Below, one piece after another: positions 45,778 through 62,257 of a stretch of 64,000 bases of DNA. Position 1 is the first letter of the stretch, and every line of letters starts with the position of its first letter. The notes beneath the pieces are model-generated. The model searched no databases and had not been told where the DNA came from. It saw nothing but the letters and a program-made list of their open reading frames with translations. The position numbers were made by a program, and so were the translations under genes. This DNA is from the human T2T-CHM13v2.0 reference genome, Homo sapiens, in assembly GCF_009914755.1 (NCBI RefSeq), contig NC_060933.1; one strand, given 5' to 3'.

Positions 45778-46202
45778 TGGGGGATTTCAAGTAAGAATCT
45801 TTCAATTTCAATTGAATCTATAATATGACTTGATATGGAAGCTTCCTTGAAAAACATCATCAATAACACAATAAACATCGATTAAGACCACTAACTCAAA
45901 ATTGTCCTATTAAAAATATATCACTATATCTAAAATATTATTTTAAATATACCTAATGCATTTTATTTTGAATAGCTGAAACTTACTCTCAATTTGGTTG
46001 TTATGTAAATGAAAACAATGCTTTCCTAAGTAATGCTTATTACTTTAAAAATTCTAATTTTTCAGAGACTTAAAAGACATATTTCTCCCCAAGTTCTTAT
46101 TCACAATGGATTTCAGCCTTAGATAACGTTTCTCTTAGAACAGAGATGGGATGAAAAGTGAGCCAAAATATTAATGTAAAAATAATAAATCATCTGGCTC
46201 AG

Positions 46203-46498
46203 TTTTCTTTTCTTTTTTTCTTTTTTTGAGATGGAGTTTCACTGTGGAGTGAAATGACACGATCTCGGTTCACTGGAACCTCCACCTCCTGGGTTGAAGC
46301 AATTCTCCTGCCTCAGCCTCCAGAGTAGCTGGGACTACAGGCATGCGCCACCACACCTGGCTAATTTTTGTATTTTTAGTAGAGATGTGGTTTCGCCACG
46401 TTGGTCAGACCGGTCTCAAACTCCGGACGTAAGGCAATCCACCCACCTAAGCTTCCCAAAGTGCTGGGATTACAGGCATGAGCCACTGCGCGTGGCCT
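46203..46498 (-). mobile_element. AluS with a small internal deletion
   Basis: Antisense Alu; gtttcactgtggagtg lacks about 14 bp. Confidence 0.9.
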
Positions 46499-46540
46499 AG
46501 CTTTCCAGGTTCCACAGAGATCATAGTGGAAATGACTGTT

Positions 46541-50656
<4,116 letters not shown>

Positions 50657-51689
50657 ACTCATTTTATGAAATCTTGAGCCCAAATCCTCCATCATCTGTA
50701 CACTGCTTAACATGAAAAGGAGCAAAATTTGAGTTAAACAATTTGAACCAGTCCAGCTACAAAATGGTAAATGAAAACAGAGAGTGGGGGTGTGGAGTTT
50801 TTGCTTTATACTACAGAGTTTCTAACACAAGAAGGCAGCAATTCCCCAGTGCAACACCAAACTGCTTCCCACTGTTCCCCAAAGCACAGTGATTTAATAA
50901 TAATAGTCAAAGTTCTAAGAAAGTTTCAAGGAAAATAAGGACAGAACCCCTGTAGCCCTGTGCAGGGCCTACCATTGAGGAATCAAGTTGTTAAGAACCT
51001 GTGATTGGCTAAATCTCTTGGGGAGAGCACCTTCATAGAATCTCCAGCACCAGACCTCAGTTTTTCCATTTGTAAAAGAGAGTATTGGAGAGAGTGGGAG
51101 ATCCAGTAGACTTCCAGATCAAAGTTATTGTGCTCCTGGTTGTACTCCAGCACATTCTGCTTGATCCTAGATGAGTTGACCCATGTTACAAAGTCCTCCA
51201 TTCTGCACATGACAAGGAAGGTAGGGTGGGTAACCATGTCAGGGCCCATGCACATATGGCCTTGCTCCACAAAGGCCACAGCAGCCTGAAGGTGCTTCAT
51301 GATGTGCAGCTTGAGTAGCATAGTAGACAGGTGGTGGTGGCAGAAGAATGAGGCCATAATTAAGTGACAGAGCTTGACTGAGCCACGTGTAGGCACCAGG
51401 CTGAGAGCATACAGCTTGTCTAGCAGTGCAGCTGAAACACACATGCAGAATGGGTCACGCTCAGGCAGGTCTTACAGGCATGCCATGCTCTCTTACACAC
51501 GGTATGGCTCAGCTGATTGTAGCACCTGTTGTCCTCCCACTGCTTCAACTGGTAATGCCACTGTATGCACAGCTCATGCAGGTTGTGATCAGTGACCTCC
51601 CAATTCAGGAAGTCCACCTGCTTCAGCAGGTTCTGCACATGGAATTTAAGCTTCCGCACCATGATGGTGGCAGCCGGAATGGCAGGACC
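50657..51689 (-). pseudogene. IMP3: IMP3 (U3 snoRNP protein IMP3) processed pseudogene; CDS-derived part 51106-51662
   Basis: [31 protein letters not shown] and [19 protein letters not shown]...[27 protein letters not shown]...[14 protein letters not shown] match IMP3; frameshift near 51480 with TAA at 51472-51474; terminal stop TAG changed to TAC; heavy CpG decay. Confidence 0.95.
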
Positions 51690-52171
51690 AAAATGACTTT
51701 TAAACCAAGTTTATGATTGCCATACCCTTGCCCCAGGATCTGTGTTCTGTGGGGAGGGTTGGAGAACACTTTGAGAAGCATATGCTGCACTGTTCTCAAA
51801 ATCACTGACTGTAGCCCATTCTCCTCAAAACAAATTTCTCTCTGTGAGAGTGTTTGCCTTTCTTGTAAGTTTACCAAACATATAAGATAGACCTCAGCAA
51901 CCCCAGAAATGTTCTAGTTATATACTTTATGAAATCATTATTGGTTTGCTAAGACATAAGTATAAAAAATAATTAATAAAAATCAAAACAATTTGATTAA
52001 TATTGCCATAATTCTAAAACACGGTGAATGTTGTATAACAGATACTTAATCTGATAAATCTTCTCTTCTTTGAAGTTTCTTCTAAAATCAACAAGATTTT
52101 AATTATTTTTTCAATCATTTATTTGCAGGGATATCCTTATTTGATTATTATTCCTCACAGATGGAAAACTA

Positions 52172-52474
<303 letters not shown>

Positions 52475-52544
52475 AAAAACTATCTTCTAAACCCAATATT
52501 CATGGCTGTCTTTACTTTGACACCTAGTGTAGGTTGGTCCAATT

Positions 52545-53360
52545 TATTCATTTGTTTCATGCAATTTTACTTAATTTCTATGAAGTACCAGGTAATTTGC
52601 TAGTTCTAAAGCTATAGAGCGATAACTAGAGCTATAACTCGGTTCTCTTTCAAACAACCAAGGTCTAGCATGTGGGGCAGATACATCAATAGACAATAAT
52701 GCAACCATAAGATAAAATGTAAGCACAGGTGGCTAAGCAAACAATAATAATAATAATAAAATGGAAACAAAGCTAGGGCCTTAGAAAGTCTCAAAAAGTA
52801 AATAAATCCTGATCTGAATTGTGATGATATGAGAAATTAATCAGGAATAATATAAGTAGGCTGGATTGGATGGCGTGGTTCAGGGAAACAAGCACCAGAT
52901 CTCTCAGGCAAGAGGTGAGGGATATGCTGAATCTTGCCATAAACAAGCATCAGAGTTTTTCTCTGGGAACCACAGGTAATTAACTATTGATGTAACTCAG
53001 TGCAAAGTGCATGGAGTTGACAGATGATGCTGGAGATGCAGGTAAAGAAAAATCTTGCTTTGGACTTCATGATTTAGGCAATAGGAAATAAAAGGATTTT
53101 AGGTGAGGATGTGATATAACCAGATTAAGTGTGACAAATGGTTTGGAAGGGTCAAAGCTGGTGGAAGGATTATTCCACTTATCAATTGTAAGAGGTCACA
53201 CGATTGTGTAACTTTTCTGAGCCTCAGCTTTCTCATGTGATCACGCACACATACAAAGATATTATTAGCTTCATTTCAAAGTTGTTGCAAGAGTAGAGGA
53301 TGTGTCTATAAAGCAGCTAGTACAGTGACAGGAATCTATTAGATAATTATTAAGTGGATT
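52545..53360. mobile_element. L2 (antisense) and MIR remnants
   Basis: ttattcatttgtttcatgcaa...ccaggtaatttgctag; taacttttctgagcctcagctttctcatgtga. Confidence 0.6.
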
Positions 53361-55599
53361 CTTTTTTACAAGCTCCAGCCTCTGGAATATTAGTCTCCAT
53401 TTCTACAAGGAAGATGATTTTTCCTTATAACATAATATATATTTTTTTCTCTTTCTTATAACAACTCACTCTTTCAGATGAATACAAGAATGGGGAGGTA
53501 GCTCTCCTGCTGAGAATGAACACATAGAGTTATGTGCTTAGAAAAGGAAACATGTCATTTCAAAATAGCTATTTCAAAGACATATCATACATTGATACAT
53601 TGCATGCATTTTGCAGCTTAAACTAAAAATCCAGGCACAAATCATGATTCAGGAAACTCCAATTCTGCTATTTTGCCATACAATCACGAAGGCGAGGTGT
53701 CTGCTAAAGCCTTCCTTGTGAAGAATGGTTCCTAGCACCAAGCAAATCTAAATATATTTTTACAGGTGGATAGATTGTTAGTTTCCAAGTCAGCTTGTCA
53801 TGGTGAGTGATATTTATGTGTGAAGATCAGCCAAAAAGTTGTTCACATTACCAGTTTCTCTTTCTTGGCTATAATTTTCATCAAAGTCAATGAACCAGAT
53901 AAATAAAAATGTGGGTGTGTATGTTTGCATATGTGCACATTGTGTATGCTTTTCTCCTATATCCTGTCCTCCAGTTGGTTTATCTCCCCCAAATTCATGA
54001 TGAATACCTCAAGGACAGAAAATGCTTCCTGGTAAACATTTTTTTGCTTGATTCCAAATTAGGCTTTGAAAGAGAGAAGAACATTTTCAAATGCTTTCAG
54101 AAAAGTAAGATCCTATGTTGCAGATTTAATATTTTTCAAAGTTATGCCTAAGGAAATGCTCAGAAAATTAGCAACTGGACAGACTGGTTGAAATTGTCTC
54201 CCTTGTGGAATACAGCATTAACTTCAGAGAAATTTGACTCTGTGATTGAATGGAAATTATGCAGTGTAGTGACTCGTAGTCATGGGTTAAAATAATTTGT
54301 AAGGCTTAATTAATTGCTACAACAACTGATAGCCCTGTCAAATTGGCAAGTAAGTTCATTGATCTTAAAATTCAGCTGAGCTCAAGAGAAAGACTGACAA
54401 AATAATTTGTAGACTGTAAAAGAGACAGCTAGAGATAATGCGTATGAAGGTGGAGTAGAGGATATACCACCAGGAGAGATAAAACAGGGATGGTATTTTC
54501 AAGGAAATATTATGCTTACATAGCTCCAGAGACAAGACCCCAGGAACCAAATTATCTATCCTTCTTGTGTATTGTACATAAGGGATTTCTTGTACTTTTA
54601 ATGATCTACATTTCAGTTTACACTGAGCACATAATAAATGGATCAGATTGTGTGCGAAGTTCATTTCATCTCCAGTTTTGAAAGCAAAAATATCCTGACA
54701 TTTGGTTATTAAAAGAAGAATAAGTGCCTTCTTTTATATGAACTTCCAACTCTCAGATTCCACGTAATCCTCCCAAGGATGAAATGAATCTGATGCATTC
54801 CTCTCTTTTATGTTAAGAACAAATTAGTATGCTTTGCCCTGTAGTTTAGAGATCTTTTATAAACTGAAGACTCCCTGTTACCCAAAGTAGCAGGATACCC
54901 CTCATCAATGTTCACTCACTGATGGAATGAATAAGAAATGAAAACAATGGACAATTTCTCCACTTTTCCCAAGATTTATAAATGAGAAAATCCAATCCCT
55001 GAACATAGTAACTGAATTGCAGTACAGAATTTCTTATCACTTAAGCTCTTCCTATAATCAGCAGCAATCTTGATGTCCATTGTATTGTGCACACAGAGGG
55101 CAAAATAATCATATTAGCCATGTCACAATGTAATCTTGCAAACAGTCATGGAGTATGTAAATAATAATGAAAACAATAATTAGAAAGAAGAGGCACAGTA
55201 TTGACATTTAGTGCAGCAGTTCCAGAAACAAGAGTCTGGATAAAACTTAGATACTTGGTATCAGACACCTTTTATGTTGCACATCAGACCACCTCAGCCT
55301 CACTGGTCTCCTGTCTCTGGAACCTCTGGTAACTTTCTATATCCCAGCCCTTGGCTACTGTGATTAACTCTGTTTGAGTTCCTCCCTCAGCTCGAGTCTA
55401 CCCTGATAAAAAGTCATGTCTATGGACTTTCAGAAGATAATTATGCAAAACTGAGCAAGCAGTCTCACTTAACTCTAGTAATTGATCCTTAAAGTGACTT
55501 TTCTCCTTCCCTGCCTCATTATTTTTTACCTTCTGCTCTCTGGAATTACCCTCCCTTGTAAACTGGTAGTCTATAAGGCTTTGCCTTTGTTAAATAAAA

Positions 55600-56137
55600 T
55601 CTATGGGAGGCTTTTTTTCTGGACTGAGCTCCTGCACTAGACCCCAACATACCAAACCAAAGTGGAGTCACTAATGCGAAGGTTTCACATCACCAAACCT
55701 AAGCATAAGCTGTTGACTTGTAAGATCTGACCTTCCAAAAATCAGGACAGAGATTATAGCCAAGGCTATAATATATATAGCCAGATCAGTTTTCTGGAAA
55801 ACAAACAAGCAAAGAAACAAATAACAACAACAACAACAAATACAGGAGATTCACAGCAACCAAACAAAAGGGGGCCAGTCAACCTGACTCAGTAAAATAA
55901 AGTCCCCTCCGCGTTAACCCATGCAAATAAAGTAACCTGAAGTAACCCGACGTTAACAAATCTGCTTTTTTCACTCTGTTATTTCCTTGATCCAACTCAA
56001 GCTACCTTAGAAAAAACTGTTTTGTCCCAATGGAATGCCTTTCTGTTTCATAAACGGAGTGCTGCCCTGTTCATAAATCCTTAATAAAAGCTAACCAGAT
56101 CTTTAAAATTCAACTTGTTGAAATTTTGTTCTGTGAT
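55600..56137 (+). mobile_element. MER4-group ERV1 LTR (subfamily uncertain); further LTR-like sequence at 55270-55600
   Basis: ggactgagctcctgcactagaccccaacataccaaaccaaagtggagtcact; 3' end aataaaagctaaccagatctttaaaattcaacttgttgaaattttg. Confidence 0.65.
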
Positions 56138-57143
56138 AATTTGCATTTGTTTTCTGCAACCTACATTATAACATAACATCTTTTCAAAGTAATAAAGAGA
56201 AAATACTTCTTATATTAAAATGGATTAGCATGGTGCCAAAAAGATGTAAAAATTAAAATACTATGACTTCTTTTTATTGGAAACTGACAGCTCTATGCCT
56301 TCTAAAGTAATAAGGAAATATCCAGCTATTCTAAATTTCTCATATATTTATCTCTGGGCAAAGTATTTGGGGAACAACAATATTTATACTATTAATTTCA
56401 AAAGAAAGTATAAAATGTGTGAATTGCTGGTTTGTCATAGCTAGGGCAGTTTAGTGGGTCTGTTTGTGTGTATTCATGTCGCTTTTGCTTTGGAGTAGGA
56501 ATCCTTAGATCTAGTGAATATGTTCATATCAGTAACTGTAGTTATTAAAAAACTCAATAATTGCAGCCTGAACCATGTTTCAGACCCTGCAGGTTATGCT
56601 GTTGTCTCCTCTACTCATTTCCCATACTCCTACTTCAGGGCATCTTGCCTGAAGGACTACTTTCCACTATTGTGAAACAAAGGTTTTTATTTCTCTCATT
56701 TAAACTGTCAGTGCACTACTTTTCTTCATGATTATCTTTCCAACAAAGTTCTTAAATAAATTCTCTAAGGAAGAGTCAAAATGTAGAGGAAATTAATGAA
56801 CTGGAGATTTCTGAATTTTTGTATAAATATATTCATATATGAAATTTCAACGAAAATTCTAATTTAAATAAGGCAAGAGGGATGAATTAAGGAAAATATA
56901 CATTTGTAAACACTGGGGTGAATGACATTTCCTGGTCCTTGAAAAAGCTTTCAACATAGAGCTAAGCTCTTCAGAGAGTGACACGTTGGGATTACAAACT
57001 CGGAAAAAATACACTAACAATGAAATATATCACTACACTTACATTTCATTTGTTTGTTTCATTTCTGATAAATTATTAGGATAAATGTCTGTGTGCATGA
57101 ACCTTTCAATTGAAAGTAAAATGTGATCCTATATATATCATAT

Positions 57144-58439
57144 TGAGAGGTGACAGTGTGCTGGCAGCCCTCGCAGCGCTTGCTTGCTCTCAGCTCCTCC
57201 TCGGCCTCTGCGCCCACTCTGGCCATGCTTGAGGAGCCCTTAAGCCCACTGCTGCACTGTGGGAGCCCCTTTCTGGGCTGGCCAAGGCCGGAGCCGGCTC
57301 CCTCAGCTTGCAGGAAGGTGTTGGGGGAGTGATGCGGGTGGGAACTGGGGCTGCGCGCCCAGCGTGAGTTTTCAGTGGGCGTGGGCTCGGCGGCCTCCAC
57401 ACTCGGAGCGGCTGGCCAGCACCACCGGCCCCAGGCAGTAAGGGACTTAGCACCCAGGCCAGCAGCTGCAGAGGGTGCGCTGGGTCCCCCAGCAGTGCCG
57501 GCCTGCTGGTGTTGCACTCAAATTCTCATGGGGCCTCAGCTGCCTCCCCACGGGGCAGGACTTGGGACCTGCAGCCCACCATGCCTGAGCCTACCCCCTC
57601 CCACCATGGGCTCCTGCACAGCTCAAGCCTCCACAAACAGCACTGCCCCCTGCTCCATGGCGCCTGGTCCCATTGACCACCCAAGGGCTGGGGAGTATGG
57701 ATGCATGGTGTTGGACTGGAAGTCAGTTCCACCTGCGGCCCCCGTGCAGGATCCCTGGGTGAAGCCAGCTATGCTCCTGAGTCTAGTGGGGACTTAGAGA
57801 ACCTTTATGTCTAGCTAAGGGATTGTAAATACACCAATCAGCACTCTGTGTGTAGCTCAAGGTTTGTAAACACACCAATCAGCACCCTGTGTCTAGCTCA
57901 AGGTTTGTAAATGCACCAATCAGCACTCTGTATCTAGCTAATCCGGTGGGGACTTGGAGAACTTTTGTGTCTAGCTCAGGGATTGTAAACACACCAATCA
58001 GCACCCTGTCAAAACGGACCAATCAGCTCTCTGTAAAACAGACCAATCAGCTCTCTGTAAAATGGACCAATCAGCAGGATGTGGGTGGGGCCAGATAAAG
58101 GAATAAAAGCAGGCTGCCTGAGCCAGCAGTGGCAACCCACTCAGGTCCCCTTCCACACTCTGGAAGCTTTGTTTTTTCGCTCTTTGCAACAAATCTTGCT
58201 GCTGCTCACTCTTTGGGTCCACACGGCCTTTATGAGCTGTAACACTCACTGTGAAGATCTGCAGTTTCACTCCTGAGCCAGTGAGACAGCGAACCCACTG
58301 GGAGGAATGAACAGCTCCAGATGGGAGGAAAGAACAAACTCCAAACATTCCGCCTTTAAGAACTGTAACACTCACTGCGAGGGTCCGCGGCTTCATTCTT
58401 GAAGTCAGTGAGACTAAGAACCCACTAATTCCGGACGTA
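57144..58439 (+). mobile_element. LTR12-family (ERV9) solo LTR
   Basis: TGAGAGGTGACAGTGTGCTGGCAG start, tandem CCAAT repeats, end aattccggacgta; 4-bp TSD ATAT. Confidence 0.95.
57800..58110 (+). promoter_or_regulatory. LTR12 U3 enhancer/promoter array: 7 CCAAT (NF-Y) boxes plus GATAAA/AATAAA TATA-like element
   Basis: CCAAT at 57834, 57875, 57916, 57994, 58019, 58043, 58067; gataaaggaataaaagc at about 58094-58110. Confidence 0.75.
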
Positions 58440-58562
58440 ATATTGTTTCACTCTAAAAAACTTTTTTTTTTTAACCATTTGATTATTTTTTCTAGCACAC
58501 ATCTATTTAAAAACTTTGAAGTTCCAGGATTGACCTAGCCATGAAAATTACAAGGACAACTT

Positions 58563-58861
<299 letters not shown>

Positions 58862-59099
58862 AAAATTACAAGGACAACTTAAACATAGTTTTGATCCTCA
58901 ACTGGCAACAAATAGATTCTAGAATTAATAAAGCAAATTAAAAGTGATGTTTTATTATAACCCATGTTATGATAAATTTCTATCGGAGAATTACTGAATC
59001 ACAAGGTAAAAGCATTTGTATTGGGGTTACATTAGACAGGGCTTAAAGGTTAAGGATCAAGGGAAATGTCTATGAGCAGATAAAAATATGGTAATTAAG

Positions 59100-59765
59100 A
59101 ATGAATTGAAGCTATTTGAACACATATTGTACTTTGGGTTTGGAAAGAGTATATTCCACATAATATTAACAAGCATGCTGGTGTTAAATAGCATAATGCA
59201 AGTGCAGAATATTCAAGTCATTGTGGCTATGGCTTGAGCATAGATTGAGGGATAGAGTAGAATAAGATGAGGTATAAGAGAGACACAGTGTAGATAAAGC
59301 TAAACTAATTGAATATTATTCTGAAATCATTTGAAGCAATTGAAATCCTTTTTTTAAAAAGGAAATTTTGTGATGAAGATTGTGTTTGAAGAGATCTCTA
59401 GCTCAGTATGTGTAGGAAGACCAGAGCAGAGTCCAACTGGAGACAGAGACTAGTTAAGCATCTACTGCTTTACTCTAAGAAAAAATGGTGAGTGTCAAAA
59501 GTTAAAACAGTGGAAATAATAATAGAGAATAGGATGTCAGTGGGGTGGACATTAGAAAGAAAAGTCGATTGATCTTGGTGATAATGTTTTTATGTACAAA
59601 CAAGTTTCTGACTGAGGCAAACTGACAGTGGGTGCTAGTGCCCTTTGATTAATAAAGGAAATAAGGCCTAAGAAGATGCTTGGGAGCAAGGGGCAATTAT
59701 GAGTTCATTAATGTGTAAAATTTGAGATGTGTTTTGGGAAAGACACTTGGCAATGTCTTAAAATG
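59100..59765 (-). mobile_element. L2 remnant
   Basis: ggagacagagactagttaagcatctactgc; aagtttctgactgaggcaaactgacagtgg. Confidence 0.6.
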
Positions 59766-59772
59766 CGGGTTA

Positions 59773-61285
59773 CAGTCATGTGCCACATAATGATGTTCTG
59801 GTCAATGATGGACCACATATAAAAGATGGTGGTCCCATAAGATTTATAACGGCGCTGAAAAATTCCTATTGCCTAATAATGTCATAGTCATTGCAGTCAT
59901 ATACTCATGTGTTTGTGGTGATGCTAGTGTAAAAACATGTACTGTGCTTCCAGTCATATAAAAATATAGTGCATATAGTTATACACAGTAGACAATACTT
60001 GATAACGTTGGTAAATGACTATGTTTCTGGCTTACGTCTTTACCATACTATACTTTTTATTGTGATTTTGGACTGTATTCCATCTGTTTATTTTTTTAAA
60101 AAGTTGACTGTAAAACAACGTCAGGCAGGTCCTTCAGGAGACATTCCAGCAGAAGGCATTATTATAATAGAAGGTGAGAGCTCCATGCATGGTTTTGCAC
60201 CTGAAGAGCTTCTAGTGGGACAAGATGTGGACGTGGAAGACAGTGATACTGATGATCCTGACCCTTTGTAGGCTTAGGCTAACGTGTGTGTTTGTGTCAT
60301 AGTTTTTAACAAAAATGTTTAAAACATAAAAAAAAAAAATCAAAAATTTAAAAATAGAAAAAGCTTATAGAATAAGGATATAAAAAAATTTTCTACAACT
60401 ATACAATGTGTTTGTATTTTAAGCTAAGTATGATTTCAAAAGACTCAAAAAGTTTAAAAAATGAAGTTTATAAAGCAAAAAAGTTACAATAAGCTAAGGC
60501 AAATTTATTATTGAAGAAAAAAGTGGTTTTTGTTTTTTTTTTTGAGATGGAGTTTTTCTCTGTCACCCGGGCTGGAGTGCAGTGGTGTGATCTAGGCTCA
60601 CTGCAAGCTCCGCCTCCCAGGTTCATGCCATTCTCCTGCCTCAGCCTCCCGAGTAGCTAGGACTACAGGCGCCCACCACCACACCCCGCTTTTTGTATTT
60701 TTAGTAGAGACGGGGTTTCACGGTGTTAACCACGATGGTCTCGATCTCCTGGCCTCATGATCCGCCCGCCTCAGCCTCCCAAAGTGCTGGGATTACAGGA
60801 GTGAGCTACCATGCCTGGTCAAGAAAAAGGTATTTTAAAATAAAGTTATCGCACCATAAGTATACAGAGTTTATAAAGCCTACAGAAGTATACTGTGTCC
60901 TGGGCCTTCAGATTTACCACCACTCATTTCCTGACTCACTCAGAGCAACTTTCAGTTAGTTCTTCAAGCTTCATTCACGGTAAGTACCCTATGCAAATGT
61001 ACCATTTTTAATCTTTAATACCATATTTTTACTGTACTATTTATATGTTTAGATACACAAATACTTACTATTGAGTTATTATTGCCTATAGTATCCAGTA
61101 CAATAACATACTGTACAGGTTTATAGCCTAGGAGCAATAGCTATATCATATAGCCTAGGTGTATAATAAATAGGCTATATGATCTAAGTTTATGTAAGTG
61201 TACTCCATGATGTTTACACAAGAATCAAATCACCTAACAATGCATTTCTCAGAATGTATTCTCATCCTTAAGCAACACATGCCTG
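59773..61285 (+). mobile_element. Tigger3b DNA transposon, interrupted by an Alu
   Basis: TA-flanked terminal inverted repeats cagtcatgtg / cacatgcctg; collinear with the 21284-22515 copy. Confidence 0.9.
60527..60820 (-). mobile_element. AluY-like
   Basis: gcaagctccgcctcccaggttcatgccattctcc; tctcgatctcc. Confidence 0.92.
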
Positions 61286-61569
61286 TAAAAGTATAGTTCT
61301 AAATTTTAAGAGGGCGACTTTGACCTAAGATATATATTTGGAAGTTTATTGCATTTAAGTGATAACTGAAAATAGAAAATTGAATAAGATTTCCCAAAGT
61401 TATACAATTTAAAAGATATAATAGACAGCAGAGCATTTCTGGAAATTTGCATTTCAAATTTAAGTATAAGAAGACCAACTAGTGAGGAGTACCAAGAAGG
61501 AACAAATGTAGTGGTAATAACATCAAAGGTGATGGTGATAACAACCACCAAGTATTAGATATTTAACAG

Positions 61570-61720
61570 CATGTATTAGCAACTGAGTTACATACTTCAC
61601 ATACATTACCTCACTCTTAGTTTGCAACAAATCTATAATTGAGATTATATTGTTATTATCTACTTTTAAAGATAAGAAAACCAAGGCTCAGAATTGTTGC
61701 CAATTTACATAAATACTGTA
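61570..61720 (-). mobile_element. MIR
   Basis: ttttaaagataagaaaaccaaggctcaga. Confidence 0.65.
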
Positions 61721-61741
61721 GTTACTATCAGGTATACTGGA

Positions 61742-62255
61742 TGTGGCAGAGTGTATTTTCCAAAAATGTAATAACATTTCCCATTATGAATACTGTCCTA
61801 TAAACTAGGTGATCAAAAGGTCATGCACTTTTTCTTTGCTCTGCTAGGACTGTCACTTTTAGCAGAAGTCTCCATGGTGTGAGGAAGCCCCAGCAGCAGG
61901 TATAGAGGTCCACATGGAGAGGATCACAACCAAGCTGAGTGGACTTTCAGCATCACTAAGTCATGTAAGTCATGTAAGTGAAGGACGATTACTGTTGCTT
62001 TAAGCCACTAAGTTTTGAGTTAGATTTTTATGCAAAAATAGACAAATAATACAGATTTTGGCACCTAAAAGTGGAGAGTAGACATAAAAACACCTAACAC
62101 CAGTGACATTGACATTGAGACTAGGCAATAAGTTAAAGCTGAAAATGCTTTGAGGAGACTCTTGAAAAAAAGCCTAGGACCTCAAGAAGGTTATGGGTGA
62201 GAATAGAAAAGTAATGAAAATGTGACAAAGTTTTACCAAAGGGAAGCCTTGTTAT
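61742..62255 (+). mobile_element. MLT1-type MaLR LTR plus start of the internal region
   Basis: tgtggcagagtgtattttccaaaa...tttaagccactaagttttgag...aataca, followed by gattttggcacc. Confidence 0.7.
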
Positions 62256-62257
62256 AT

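Noticed and set aside
51106-51662. Functional IMP3 gene (the parent is, as I recall, itself intronless)
   Set aside because: Frameshift, in-frame stop, lost terminator, CpG decay and no CpG-island promoter.
57059-58396. ORFs of 130-150 aa, CpG-island-like sequence and a CRISPR-like periodic repeat
   Set aside because: All within LTR12; the repeats are the known U3 tandem CCAAT units with no unique spacers.
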